A stretch of 64,000 nt of DNA from Kaistia sp. (GCA_965229325.1 OZ245873.1:914716-978715), one strand, 5' to 3'; counted from the stretch's first letter, positions 27,647-37,695 are shown. Notes: generated by a model from the sequence alone, not told the origin. Translations and numbers: made by a program.

Positions 27647-28845
27647 GCCTCTTGCCGCTCTCGCCTTCCATGATGACTGCCGCCGGGCCGGAGCTCTGCC
27701 AGGTCTATTGCAACGGCCGCATCTTCGAGGGCTGGACCGCCGTCTCCGTCAGCCGCAGCACGCAGGACATGGCCGGGCGCTTTCGCCTGTCGGTGACCGA
27801 AGCCGTCGACGGCGCCGGCAAGATATTCGGCTGGCAGATCCGACCCGGCGATCCGGTCCAGATCAAGCTCGGCGGCGTGCTGGCTGTCGATGGCTTCGTC
27901 GATATTCGCCAGGCCGCCTATGATGCCGAAAGCCATGGCGTCGAGATCGCCGGACGCAGCAAGACGGCCGATGCGATCGAGGCGGCGGCTGTGACCGATG
28001 ACGGCAAGCCGGCCGGCCCCTTTGCTGGCTACGCCCTCGACGAGATCGCCCGTGCGCTGCTCGCGCCCTATGCGATCGGCCTCAAGGTCATCGGTGAAAT
28101 CGGCGCCGCATTTCCGATGGTGACCGTGCAAGTCGGCGAGAGCGTGTTCGAAGTGATCGAGCGGCTGGCGCGGCTGCGCGGCTTCCACCTCACCGACGGT
28201 TCAGATGGCACCCTTGTCCTTGCCAACAAGGTGGAGCCCGAGGCGGAGCCAGTCGGCCTCGTCGAAGGGGTAAACATCCTCGCCGCCAACGCGATGATGG
28301 ATGTCAGCAAGACTGCCTCGGAAATCTTCGTCTTCGGCCAGACGCCCGGTGATGACGACAGCTCCGGCGCGGCGGTCGCGAACCAGACGGCTGTCGTCAA
28401 GAACGACAAGGCTCCCCGTAAGCGGCCGAAGGTCGTCGTCATGGAGGAACCCGGCGACAAGGAGGCGATGAAGGCGCGCGGAAACCGCGAGATCGCGCAG
28501 GAAGCCGAGCGGCAGGCTGCCGTTCAGGTGACTGTGCAAGGCTGGCTTCTCGCCGACGGCACGCTCTGGGCACCGGGAAAGACCGTCAAGCTGACCTCGC
28601 CCATGCTGCTGATCGACCGAGATATGCTTGTCGCGGGCGTCGAGTTCGCGCAATCCGATAGCTCCGGCACGATCACGACGCTGGATCTTGTGACGCCGGA
28701 AGCCTTTGCGCTCGACGCACCGTCTGAGGAGGCGCCTGCGCCCGAGACGGAAGACGGCAGCGATTCGGGTGATGAGCCTGCCGACGACGACATGGGCGAT
28801 TCCGCCTCGCTGTGGTCGCCTCGGTCGACAGGATCCGCGGCATGA
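27643..28845 (+). CDS. Baseplate hub protein (Mu gp44/P-like)
   Basis: GRIFEGWTAVSVSRS, F.LSVTE, IRPGDPVQI..GG, GRSKTADAIE, W.PG..V. Confidence 0.88.
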   Translation: MSLLPLSPSMMTAAGPELCQVYCNGRIFEGWTAVSVSRSTQDMAGRFRLSVTEAVDGAGKIFGWQIRPGDPVQIKLGGVLAVDGFVDIRQAAYDAESHGVEIAGRSKTADAIEAAAVTDDGKPAGPFAGYALDEIARALLAPYAIGLKVIGEIGAAFPMVTVQVGESVFEVIERLARLRGFHLTDGSDGTLVLANKVEPEAEPVGLVEGVNILAANAMMDVSKTASEIFVFGQTPGDDDSSGAAVANQTAVVKNDKAPRKRPKVVVMEEPGDKEAMKARGNREIAQEAERQAAVQVTVQGWLLADGTLWAPGKTVKLTSPMLLIDRDMLVAGVEFAQSDSSGTITTLDLVTPEAFALDAPSEEAPAPETEDGSDSGDEPADDDMGDSASLWSPRSTGSAA

Positions 28846-29351
28846 GAATAACCGCGAAGGACAGCGGCCGGCGCGGCCTGCTCGGCATCGCGCGCGGTGT
28901 GGTCAAGGCGGTGTCGTCGCGCGCCCGACAGACGAAGCTGCAGCATCTCGATATCGAGGCCTTCAGCGGCGAGGCCCATGACGGCGCCGAGCATATGGAG
29001 GGCTACGGCCTGACGGCGAGGCCGCACGCCGGTGCGGAAGCCGTTGTCGTTTTCGCCGGCGGCAACCGCAATCATCCGCTGGTGATCAGTGTCGCCGATC
29101 GCCAGTACCGCCTGCAGGGCCTGGTCGACGGCGAGGTCGCGCTCTACGACGACCTCGGCCACAAGGTTCACCTGACGCGGACCGGTATCGTCATTGCGGG
29201 GGCGGCGATCACGCTCGAGGGCACGGTCACCATCAACGGCAACCTCGCCGTCAATGGCGCTGAACTCACGCATAACGGCGTCGACATCGGCGACAGCCAC
29301 CGGCATGGCGGCGTGACGCCAGGCGCCGGCAATACCGGAGTTCCCGTCTAG
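28842..29351 (+). CDS. Baseplate spike (Mu gp45-like)
   Basis: EHMEGYGLTARP, GGNRNHPLVI, GEVALYDDLG, C-terminal HRHGGV metal-tip motif. Confidence 0.9.
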   Translation: MRITAKDSGRRGLLGIARGVVKAVSSRARQTKLQHLDIEAFSGEAHDGAEHMEGYGLTARPHAGAEAVVVFAGGNRNHPLVISVADRQYRLQGLVDGEVALYDDLGHKVHLTRTGIVIAGAAITLEGTVTINGNLAVNGAELTHNGVDIGDSHRHGGVTPGAGNTGVPV

Positions 29352-29353
29352 CC

Positions 29354-29824
29354 ATGGCCGACATTCGCACGGCACAGACCGCCTCGCTCGAGGCGATCAC
29401 GACCGATTGGCTGGTTGCGTCCGGCGGCGCGCTCGACGACGGCGAAGAACTAGCGACTGCCTTCCGCATCGCCCTACTGACCGATCGGCAAGCGCTTCCA
29501 GACGACACCCTGCCGAGCGACAGCGACGATCGCCGGGGGTGGTGGGCGGACATGGATGCCGAGGCCTTGTGGAATGGTTGGCCGATCGGCTCGCGGCTGT
29601 GGCTGCTCTCGCGCGCATCGATCACCGCCGACACCGTCACGCGGGCCGAGCAGTATTGCCGGGAGGCGCTCGATCCGTTCGTCAAGCGGCGCATCGTCAG
29701 CCGTGTCGATGTCGCTCTCGAGCGGGTCGGCATCTCGGCGATCGGCGGCATCATCACGGCCTGGCGCGGACCGCGCCGTGCCGTCGACCTCCGCTTCGAA
29801 ACCCTCTGGTCAGAGATCGGCTGA
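29354..29824 (+). CDS. Baseplate protein (Mu gp46-like)
   Basis: LATAFRIALLTDR, DDRRGWWAD, IGSRLWLLSRA, AEQYCREAL. Confidence 0.88.
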   Translation: MADIRTAQTASLEAITTDWLVASGGALDDGEELATAFRIALLTDRQALPDDTLPSDSDDRRGWWADMDAEALWNGWPIGSRLWLLSRASITADTVTRAEQYCREALDPFVKRRIVSRVDVALERVGISAIGGIITAWRGPRRAVDLRFETLWSEIG

Positions 29825-30876
29825 TGGCCTTCAACACCCCCACCCTTAAGCAGATCCGCGCGCGGGTCCGCGACGACGTCACCGCGCGCCTGCCCGGCGC
29901 GGATGCCGGTGTGCCGAACTCCAATCTCCGCGTCATCGCGGAGGCGAATGCCGGTCTCGCCCTCCTCGAGCATTCGTTCCTGCTCTGGCTCGGCCGCCAA
30001 CTGATGCCCGATACCGCCGAATCCGAGTGGCTGGAACGGCACGCCAATATCTGGCTACGGCGAGGCCGCAAGGCAGCGACCTTCGCCACCGGCACGGTGA
30101 CCTTTACCGGCACCGCCGGAACGCTCATCCCGGCCGGCACGGTGCTTCTCTATGGCAGCCACGGCTATGAGACGGTCGACCCGGTGACGCTCGGCAGCGG
30201 AGCGACCGCGGCCGACGTCGAAGCGGTCACGGCCGGCGCGGCGCCGTCGCTCGAAATCGGCGGCACGCTGCGGCTCAAGGCGGCGATCGCCGGCGTTGCC
30301 GCCTCCGCGACGGTCACGGCGTCGGCCCCGGGCGTCGATGAGGAAAGCGACGACGATCTTCGCATTCGCGTCCTCGACCGGATCCGCAAGCCGCCGATGG
30401 GCGGCGACGCCGACGATTATGTCGCCTGGACTCTTGAGGTTCCGGGCGTGACGCGCGCCTGGTGCGCGCCGCTCGAGATGGGAAACGGCACGGTGACCGT
30501 CCGCTTCATGATGGATGATCTTCGGGACGGCGGCTTTCCGCTCTCCGGAGACCTCGCAACCGTCGCCACCTATCTCGACACGGTTCGCCCCGTCGCGGTC
30601 AAGGATCTCTTCGTGGAGGCGCCGGTCGCCGAAGTGATCGACCTGACGATCGCCGATCTCGACAAGGACACGGCCTCGGTTCGTGCCTCGATCGCCGCAT
30701 CGCTCGCCGACATGCTGGCACGCCGCGCCGCGCCTGGGCAGACGATTTATCATTCCTGGGTGTCCGAGGCGGTCTCGGCCGCCACCGGCGAGGATCACCA
30801 CGACCTCACCTTCGCCGATCACCCAATGCCGACGGCGGGCCATATCGCGGTGCTCGGGGTGATCACCTATGCCTGA
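29824..30876 (+). CDS. Baseplate J/gp47 family wedge protein
   Basis: RQLMPDTAESEWLERHA, G.DEESDDDLR.R, PPMGGDADDYVAW, GNGTVTVRF. Confidence 0.92.
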   Translation: MAFNTPTLKQIRARVRDDVTARLPGADAGVPNSNLRVIAEANAGLALLEHSFLLWLGRQLMPDTAESEWLERHANIWLRRGRKAATFATGTVTFTGTAGTLIPAGTVLLYGSHGYETVDPVTLGSGATAADVEAVTAGAAPSLEIGGTLRLKAAIAGVAASATVTASAPGVDEESDDDLRIRVLDRIRKPPMGGDADDYVAWTLEVPGVTRAWCAPLEMGNGTVTVRFMMDDLRDGGFPLSGDLATVATYLDTVRPVAVKDLFVEAPVAEVIDLTIADLDKDTASVRASIAASLADMLARRAAPGQTIYHSWVSEAVSAATGEDHHDLTFADHPMPTAGHIAVLGVITYA

Positions 30877-31492
30877 TCCGCTCCGGAGGTCCGGCGAGGA
30901 CTATGCCGAGGGCTTCGCCGCGCTGCTGCCGACGGGCATGGCGTGGCCGCGCGAGCCCGAAAGCGTCCTGATGCTGCTTGTACGCGGCTTTGCCGAGGAA
31001 TGGGCCCGCGTCGATGGCCGCGCCGCCGACCTGCTTGGCCGCGAATCCGACCCGCGCGCGACGATCGAGCTGCTCGACCAATGGGAGTCGGCCTTCGGCC
31101 TTCCCGATCCCTGCGTCGCTGAACCGCTGACGCTGGAGGATCGGCAGGGCGCCTTGCTCGGCCGAATGACCGCCGAGGGCGCTCAGTCGCGCGCCTTCTT
31201 CGTCCGGATGGCCGAGGACCTCGGCTACGAAATCTCGATCACCGAGTATGCGCCTTTCATGTTCGGCGTCTCGCGCTTTGGAGACACCGGTCGGCGCTGG
31301 GAAATCGGACCGCCCGAGATCCGCTTCCACTGGAAGGTCAAGCTCGCCTCGGCCCGCGTCCGTTGGTTCCGCGCTGGGTCGGGTCGCTTTGGCGTCGATC
31401 CGCATGCGCGCATCGGCCTTGCGACCGACATCACCTGCCGGTTCGAGAAGCTGAAGCCGGCTCATAGCAACGTCATCTTCGATTACAGCTGA
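30869..31492 (+). CDS. YmfQ/DUF2313 (Mu gp48-like) baseplate protein
   Basis: LLPTGMAWPR, ELLDQWESAFGLPDPC, GAQSRAFF..MA..LGY, LKPAHS. Confidence 0.9.
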   Translation: MPDPLRRSGEDYAEGFAALLPTGMAWPREPESVLMLLVRGFAEEWARVDGRAADLLGRESDPRATIELLDQWESAFGLPDPCVAEPLTLEDRQGALLGRMTAEGAQSRAFFVRMAEDLGYEISITEYAPFMFGVSRFGDTGRRWEIGPPEIRFHWKVKLASARVRWFRAGSGRFGVDPHARIGLATDITCRFEKLKPAHSNVIFDYS

Positions 31493-31504
31493 GGATCGTC
31501 AGCC

Positions 31505-32326
31505 ATGAAATACTGGGCACCTTTCGGGCAGCCGGATCCCGACGCGTCGTTCGTGAACGGCGATCCCGGCTCTGGCATCGAAGGTTCGATTCCGGACTGC
31601 CGTGGCTTCGAGCAGCCGCAGCGTGAAATCGTCGCCGTCATCGAGGCGGCGGGGCTCACCCCTACCGGCTTGGATCTGACCCAGCTGCTGCAGGCGATCC
31701 GCCTGCTGAATGGCGGCCGCCTCATCAACATTCAGGTCTTCGCGACGCCCGGAAGCTACACCTACACCAAGAGCGCCGGCGTCCGAGCCGTCCAGGCCGA
31801 GGTGCAGGGGGGCGGCGGTGGCTCCGGCGGCGTGCCGGCCACGAGCTCCGGCCAGAACGGAATGAGCGTGCCCGGCGGCTCGGGAAGCTACGGCAAATCC
31901 TCGCTCATCACCTCCGGCTTCGACGGCGTGACCGTCACGGTCGGCGCCGGCGGCGCGGCGGGCGCGGCCGGGGCGACGCATGGCAGCAGTGGCGGATCGA
32001 GCTCCTTCGGCACGCTGCTGTCTTCACCCGGCGGCAGCGCCTCGTCGACCAATGGCAAGGTGATCAGCGGCTATCCGGACAACACGTCCTTTTCCTTCGG
32101 CGCCGCCGATCCGACCGGTTCAGCCATCGTGCGGGCCGGCGGTTCGCGATCCTCGCAGCCGATCCTGGTCGCCGACGGCTACGGCACGGGCTTCGAAGGC
32201 GCTCAATCCGTCTTCGGCCGCTCCTACGGCGCCGGCGCGGACGGCGTCTTCACCTATGGCAGCACGGCCGCAACGGTCGGAAAGACCGGCAATGGCGGCA
32301 TCGTCATCGTTTGGGAGTTCTCCTGA
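31505..32326 (+). CDS. Short glycine-rich tail fibre protein
   Basis: QREIVAVIEAAGLTP..DLTQLLQAI baseplate-attachment motif; GGGGGSGG glycine-rich domain; GIVIVWE end. Confidence 0.8.
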   Translation: MKYWAPFGQPDPDASFVNGDPGSGIEGSIPDCRGFEQPQREIVAVIEAAGLTPTGLDLTQLLQAIRLLNGGRLINIQVFATPGSYTYTKSAGVRAVQAEVQGGGGGSGGVPATSSGQNGMSVPGGSGSYGKSSLITSGFDGVTVTVGAGGAAGAAGATHGSSGGSSSFGTLLSSPGGSASSTNGKVISGYPDNTSFSFGAADPTGSAIVRAGGSRSSQPILVADGYGTGFEGAQSVFGRSYGAGADGVFTYGSTAATVGKTGNGGIVIVWEFS

Positions 32327-32865
32327 TGTGGGCACGTATTGACGCCGGTCGCGTCGTCGAGCTGACCGATCTCGATCCCGCCGGCCGCTACCATCCGGAC
32401 TGGATCTGGCATCCCTGCGCATCGGATGTCGAGCCTGGCTGGATCTATGACGGCGCGAGTTTCGCGCCTCCGCCGCCGGCCCCGCCGCTCACCGGCGATG
32501 CGCTGGCCGCGCTGAAGGCTGCCTTGCGTGCCGGCATCGACGCCGAGGCCGAGCTCCAGCGTCTCCGCTACATCACGGGCGGCGCCGGCCAGGCGATGAC
32601 CTATGCCCGCAAGACGGAAGAGGCGAAGGCGGCCAGCGTCGATCTGGCGCCGACTGCCGAGGCCTATCCGCTGCTCGCCGCCTCCGTCGGCATCGACGGC
32701 GCCGACATCGCCGAGGTCGCGGCCGTGGTGCTGGCGATGGATGCGCAGTGGTCGATCATCGGCGCGGCGATCGAGGCGGCGCGGCTCGCGGCGAAGAAAG
32801 CAGTCTCCGATGCTGGCGATGAAGCCTCGGCCCGCGCTGCGGCCGTCGTCACCTGGCCGGCCTGA
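32326..32865 (+). CDS. Tail fibre assembly / chaperone-like protein
   Basis: MWARIDAGRVVE, V..GW.YDG..F.PP, QAMTYARKTEEA pattern. Confidence 0.65.
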   Translation: MWARIDAGRVVELTDLDPAGRYHPDWIWHPCASDVEPGWIYDGASFAPPPPAPPLTGDALAALKAALRAGIDAEAELQRLRYITGGAGQAMTYARKTEEAKAASVDLAPTAEAYPLLAASVGIDGADIAEVAAVVLAMDAQWSIIGAAIEAARLAAKKAVSDAGDEASARAAAVVTWPA

Positions 32866-33269
32866 TGATGCCCGTCCTCGTCGACATCGATGTCTGGCGC
32901 GGCAACAGCCTGCCGCCGATCGCCTGGGACTGGCCTGACGGCTATGCCGCGACGGTCGCCTGCCAGATGACGGTCTGGGTTGCCGGCGAGTTGCTGTTCG
33001 TCGTCGAAGGCGGTGGCGGCCTCGTCATCGACGCCGGCAGGCGGCGTTTCCTCTGGGATCGCACGATCGAGCAAAGCCGGGCGATCCCATTCGGCCGCAT
33101 CGCGCGATACGAGATCGAGGATCGCAACGGCAGCGAGACCACGATCTTCTACGGCGGGATCAACGGGCTCGGCGGCCTCAACCTCGACGCCGATGCGCCG
33201 GAGGCGACCGGACAGCTCGACTTCTCCAATCCCTACAATTCCGGCCTCGAACTTGACGGGTGGATCTGA
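32865..33269 (+). CDS. Tail-associated hypothetical protein
   Basis: Coupled ORF with DIDVWRGNS beta-rich pattern typical of fibre adaptor proteins. Confidence 0.55.
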   Translation: MMPVLVDIDVWRGNSLPPIAWDWPDGYAATVACQMTVWVAGELLFVVEGGGGLVIDAGRRRFLWDRTIEQSRAIPFGRIARYEIEDRNGSETTIFYGGINGLGGLNLDADAPEATGQLDFSNPYNSGLELDGWI

Positions 33270-33270
33270 C

Positions 33271-34023
33271 ATGCCTCTTTCGATCACGACGACATTGATC
33301 CGCGACGGCGCAAACAATCTAGTCGCTCGCCAGACCGGCGACGTGTCGGGTACCGGCGCGGGCCCGAAGCTCCCGCTGATGCTGCTCGCCACGGCCGATG
33401 GCCTCAATGTGGTGGACCTCCAGGAGTTGCTGACCGATATCGCCGACGCGGTGGCGTCTGGCGCATCGGTGCTGCCGACCGGCGCTGCCACGGATGCCGC
33501 GCTCGCTTCGATCCTCGCCAAGCTCTCGGCCGATCCCGCCACACAGACGACCCTCGCGGCCGTGCTGGCGAAGCTCAATGCCGGCCTGGCGCTCACGGCC
33601 GGCGCGGCTGTCATCGGCAAGATCATCCAGCAGGTCGGCGGCAGCGACGTTTCGGCTAGCAATCCGGTCCCGGTCGGCGGCGCGCAGATCGCCACCGCCA
33701 CCGCCACGATCGCCTCGGGCACCAGCCTCTCGTCCGCCACCGATCTCGGCACCGGCCGGCTGGTCGGCATCATCATCCCCGCCGCATGGACGACGGCGGC
33801 GATCACCTTCCAAGGCTCAGCCGACGGCGTGACCTATTTCGACCTCTACGATGACGCGATCGAACGCACCATCGCTTCCGGCAGCGTCGTCGCCTCGCGC
33901 TTCATCGCTCTCCCGATCGCCGACTGGTTGATGGTGCGGGCTGTGAAGATCCGATCGGGCAGCGCCGCATCGCCGGTCAACCAGCCGGCCGATCGCATCG
34001 TCACGCTCGTCACGGCGCGCTGA
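33271..34023 (+). CDS. Tail-associated structural protein (coiled segment + beta domain)
   Basis: Start MPLSITT; repeated LASILAKL/LAAVLAKL helices; ATIASGTSLS..IPAAWTTAAITFQGS.DG domain. Confidence 0.6.
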   Translation: MPLSITTTLIRDGANNLVARQTGDVSGTGAGPKLPLMLLATADGLNVVDLQELLTDIADAVASGASVLPTGAATDAALASILAKLSADPATQTTLAAVLAKLNAGLALTAGAAVIGKIIQQVGGSDVSASNPVPVGGAQIATATATIASGTSLSSATDLGTGRLVGIIIPAAWTTAAITFQGSADGVTYFDLYDDAIERTIASGSVVASRFIALPIADWLMVRAVKIRSGSAASPVNQPADRIVTLVTAR

Positions 34024-34026
34024 ACC

Positions 34027-36303
34027 ATGTCGACGCTCACCGCCCGAAAGCTGGCGTCGCAGCCCAGCTGGCTGCCGCGCGGGGCCATCGAACACGCTGA
34101 TCTCCTTGCCGGGATCTACTATGCCGGCAAGCGCCGGCGCGCGTCGATCGACGCTCATCTTGCGGCCAGCGGCTGGACCTTCGCTCGCGCTAGCGAGGCG
34201 AGCTACACCAGCGCCTCTGGCCTTTTGGCCTTTGCCGCTGCCAATGCATTGCGCCTCAACTGTGATCCTTCGACCAATACTCCTCTCGGGCTTCTGCTCG
34301 AGGGCTCTCGGACGAACCTCGCCTCGTACACCGAGAGCTTCGACAACGCCTATTGGCCCAAGACAGCGGGCGCAACCGCCGGCGGCATCACCGTCACGGC
34401 GGATGCTGCCGTAGGTCCGGACGGTGCCACCTCGGCCGACAAGATCATCGAGACGACGGGCAACCTCTCTCACTCGATTTTCAAGAGCACGACGTGGACC
34501 GCGACTCCCTTTGCGATGTCGGTCTACATGAAGGCCGGTGAGCGCAACCGAGGCGGCCCCTACTGGTACGACAACGCCGCCGAGCGCAAGTCGTGGTTCG
34601 ACCTTTCGGCCGGCGCCATCTCACCCTCGGGCCTCGGCACCAAGCGCATCTATGCCGCCGCCAACGGATTCTGGCGCTGCATCGTATCTCGCTCGCCCGG
34701 CGCTGGCTCGGGCCGCTTCGGCGTTGCCATCAGCTCCGCCGACAACCAGGCGGTATATGTGGGCGACGGCACGTCCGGCGCCTATGCCTGGGGCATCCAG
34801 ATCGAACCGGACTTCGAAAGCTCTTACATCCGAGAGCTCGCCGGTGGCTCGGCGACGCGCGCGGCCGACAGCCTGATGCGCACCATCGCACAGCCGACAC
34901 GGCTCGCGATCGTGTTCAAAGTGCGGACGCCTGTCGGCGTGCCGAGCGCAGGCAACCAGGTCATCTGGTCGATCGGCGATGCGACCAATGGCATAATGCT
35001 GCGCCGCAGCTCGACGGGTCACGTGTTTCTCAGTGTCTATGCAGGCGGCGCCACCACGGCCAATCTGGATCTCGGCGGCGTCGGCGGTCTCGGCGTGCAC
35101 AAGGTGGCGCTGTCGCATGACGGCACCACCGCCAAGGCCTGCCTCAACGGCGATACGGTCGCCTCGGCGGCCTGTTCGATCCCAACGCTGACCACGATGA
35201 CCGAGCGCCTCGGCTCATCTGCCGCGGGGGAAGGCTGGTTCGGACACCTGCAGAGTTTCACCCGCTTTGCAGCCCTGACCGACGACGCGATGCTCGCCTA
35301 TACGGCGCCGCCCCAGTACATCAACGCTCTGATCGGCATTGACAGCCTCAGCGACCCAGCCAGCACCGGGCTTGGCCGGCCGATCCGCGACATCATGTGG
35401 GGGCGCATCGGCAAGGCGTCGGCCGGCTGGATCCCGCTCATCTTCCCATCCAACGCTCGCGTCGACAGCCTCAACTATTCTGGCGTGTCCAACATCGACC
35501 GCAACACCGCCTTTCCAGGCGATGATCGGACCCTCGACTTCCAAGGACAGCGCTGGCTTAACCCCAATTCGGGCACAGCCATTGCGACCTTCACGCCGCG
35601 CGAGCCCTATGACCAGCTCGACATGATCTATGTGTCCAACCCCGGCGACGGCAGCTTCCGCTTCCAGGCGACCGGCAACGGCACCACGACGGTCGATGCC
35701 AATGCCGCCATCGCCGCGCGCTCCCTGCGTGTCGAGTGCTTCGCAGCGCCCAATGCCGCCGTGCGGTGGGACCAGTTCGTGACGGGCGTCCCTAACACGA
35801 TCGTCGGCGTCAATTTCTCCCGCGCCGGCGCCGGAGGCTTCACATACAACCCGTTCGGCAACGGTGGCTGGAAGGTGCAGTGGCTCGCCGAGATCGACGA
35901 CGCCGCGATGCGCACCATAATCGGCGCGATCAAACCGACGCACTTCCTGTTTAACGGCGGCATGAACGACCGCGTCGACCGCACGGCTGTGCAGTTCGAC
36001 GCCGATTGCCGCAAGGTGCTCGCCAACGTCTTGGCGGCCGCGCCGCGCTGCAAGATCGTCATCTTGCAATCACTTGATCCAGGTCCGGCTGACACCAGCT
36101 ATTTCCAGAGCTACGTGCCGGTCAAACAGCAGATCGCGATCGACTTCCGCTGCCAGTACCTTGACATGCGGACGATCAATGCCAACACGGCCAACTACAC
36201 CCTCGCCAACGCGGCAGGCTACATGCAGGACGGCGTTCATCCGGCGCCCGCATTCAACAGCGGCATCGGGGCGCCCTGGGTCTGCGACAACGTCGCATGG
36301 TAA
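34027..36303 (+). CDS. Tailspike / receptor-binding protein with C-terminal SGNH hydrolase
   Basis: N-terminal GLLLEGSRTNL fibre motif; C-terminal SGNH blocks IGIDS, GNGGW, NGGMND, DGVHP. Confidence 0.8.
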   Translation: MSTLTARKLASQPSWLPRGAIEHADLLAGIYYAGKRRRASIDAHLAASGWTFARASEASYTSASGLLAFAAANALRLNCDPSTNTPLGLLLEGSRTNLASYTESFDNAYWPKTAGATAGGITVTADAAVGPDGATSADKIIETTGNLSHSIFKSTTWTATPFAMSVYMKAGERNRGGPYWYDNAAERKSWFDLSAGAISPSGLGTKRIYAAANGFWRCIVSRSPGAGSGRFGVAISSADNQAVYVGDGTSGAYAWGIQIEPDFESSYIRELAGGSATRAADSLMRTIAQPTRLAIVFKVRTPVGVPSAGNQVIWSIGDATNGIMLRRSSTGHVFLSVYAGGATTANLDLGGVGGLGVHKVALSHDGTTAKACLNGDTVASAACSIPTLTTMTERLGSSAAGEGWFGHLQSFTRFAALTDDAMLAYTAPPQYINALIGIDSLSDPASTGLGRPIRDIMWGRIGKASAGWIPLIFPSNARVDSLNYSGVSNIDRNTAFPGDDRTLDFQGQRWLNPNSGTAIATFTPREPYDQLDMIYVSNPGDGSFRFQATGNGTTTVDANAAIAARSLRVECFAAPNAAVRWDQFVTGVPNTIVGVNFSRAGAGGFTYNPFGNGGWKVQWLAEIDDAAMRTIIGAIKPTHFLFNGGMNDRVDRTAVQFDADCRKVLANVLAAAPRCKIVILQSLDPGPADTSYFQSYVPVKQQIAIDFRCQYLDMRTINANTANYTLANAAGYMQDGVHPAPAFNSGIGAPWVCDNVAW

Positions 36304-37232
36304 TCGCCTGATTGTGTGGCTGATGTCGGCGCGAGACGGGTGACGGGTTGGTAACCAAGCGCCGCCGCCATTGTCCTAGCGAGCTTTCGCGCTCCATCCG
36401 GAGTCGGGTGAATCGTGTCAGCGTAGAATTCCACCGACCAATTGTCAGACGTTGTTGCGAGGTGAACCGTGGCACCTTCGCGCTCAAGGTCATCAAGAGC
36501 TGGGGCCGCGCGATAGTTGCCAGCGATAAAGTCGTCGCGGTGAGAATAAAAAACAACGTCGACCGGTTTTCCGAACCGTGTTGCAACTTCCCTGAACATG
36601 TCGACGTAGGAGGCACGCGGCACGCGGTACTGATCTTTCAAGACCAGCTTGCGCTTGTAGATCCTGCGTATGATAGCTTTCTCAATCACATAGACCAACG
36701 CCGATCGAGGGCGTGATCGAGGATGGGTTAGGTCGGATCGCCATGATGCCGGCGCTCCGAAATCTTCTCTGTTCACAACAAGGACGAGACGCCCAGCTGC
36801 GGCAAGCACGTCCGGGTTGTCAAGAAGGTACTGAAGTTCGTTCTGGAACGCCCAGCTCGGCGTCGAAACTGGCCAGACCATCGTCCCTGTAGCGAATTCG
36901 AGCTGGGGACCAAGCCGTTCAAAGGCGCGATAATTGGTGCCGCCGTAGACTACGCTGTCACCCACCAGGACGATATCGTTACTGCCAGGCTCGAACGGGC
37001 GCCAAGTTCCCATGCTCCGCTCGTTGAACTCCCAAGCGGTGCGGCCAGCGAAAACGCCGATCTGTTGAGGCTTCGGAATATAACCGATGCGTGCATTGGC
37101 GTCGAAAATCGGAAAGTTGATGACGCCGAGCAGACGCAGCGCGAGTTCGGCTGCGGCCACCATCGCGACTGTGCATAGGATAACGATCGCTGCTGTAAGC
37201 ACGTAGGCCCCCTGAAACGTGTTCAACCGCAA
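36237..37232 (-). CDS. Membrane-anchored SGNH/GDSL hydrolase (moron)
   Basis: N-terminal TM helix; VLVGDSVVYG (block I), DTIHPTPDG (block V); visibly more AT-rich; antisense to late operon; TTG start. Confidence 0.8.
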   Translation of the reverse strand: MRLNTFQGAYVLTAAIVILCTVAMVAAAELALRLLGVINFPIFDANARIGYIPKPQQIGVFAGRTAWEFNERSMGTWRPFEPGSNDIVLVGDSVVYGGTNYRAFERLGPQLEFATGTMVWPVSTPSWAFQNELQYLLDNPDVLAAAGRLVLVVNREDFGAPASWRSDLTHPRSRPRSALVYVIEKAIIRRIYKRKLVLKDQYRVPRASYVDMFREVATRFGKPVDVVFYSHRDDFIAGNYRAAPALDDLEREGATVHLATTSDNWSVEFYADTIHPTPDGARKLARTMAAALGYQPVTRLAPTSATQSGDYHATLSQTQGAPMPLLNAGAG

Positions 37233-37563
37233 ACCTACAATTCAGGACGCGCAAATTGCAATCGGCGATTCTCACAAATGAGGCACTAGGTTGTAAGGGG
37301 TACGAATTATCGGATCGATGCACAATTTTGGTGATATTGCCTCTCTGCGGGTTCAACCGACCGTTCAGAGTAGCGCCTTCAGCAGAAATGGTTGCGCCGC
37401 AACAAAGTCCGCCAACCGGCGCGAGAACGATGAGCTGACGCAGGGCTTTTTAATCTGATGCGCTGCACAACCGACGATCGGCCTTTGCCCCGCGGTCCGA
37501 CGCGCGGCCGAGTCTCGAGGTCACCCGTTGCCGATCTCTGCAACTGAACGCTGGGGGAGCAGA

Positions 37564-37695
37564 TCATAGCCCTCCGACCACCCGCCAAAGCGCGACGAGC
37601 GGCGGCACGAACTGCGCCGCAATGATGATCGCAGACAGGATCAATAGCCCGACGGCGAGCAGCCGCTCGGATCGGTTCGGCGATGGATCGCCCAT
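37564..37695 (-). CDS. Possible 43-aa single-TM protein
   Basis: MGDPSPNRSERLLAVGLLILSAIIIAAQFVPPLVALWRVVGGL; weak RBS. Confidence 0.35.
   Translation of the reverse strand: MGDPSPNRSERLLAVGLLILSAIIIAAQFVPPLVALWRVVGGL

Noticed and set aside
31505-36303. Diversity-generating retroelement or invertible fibre cassette
   Set aside because: No reverse transcriptase, TR/VR pair, invertase or inverted repeats seen
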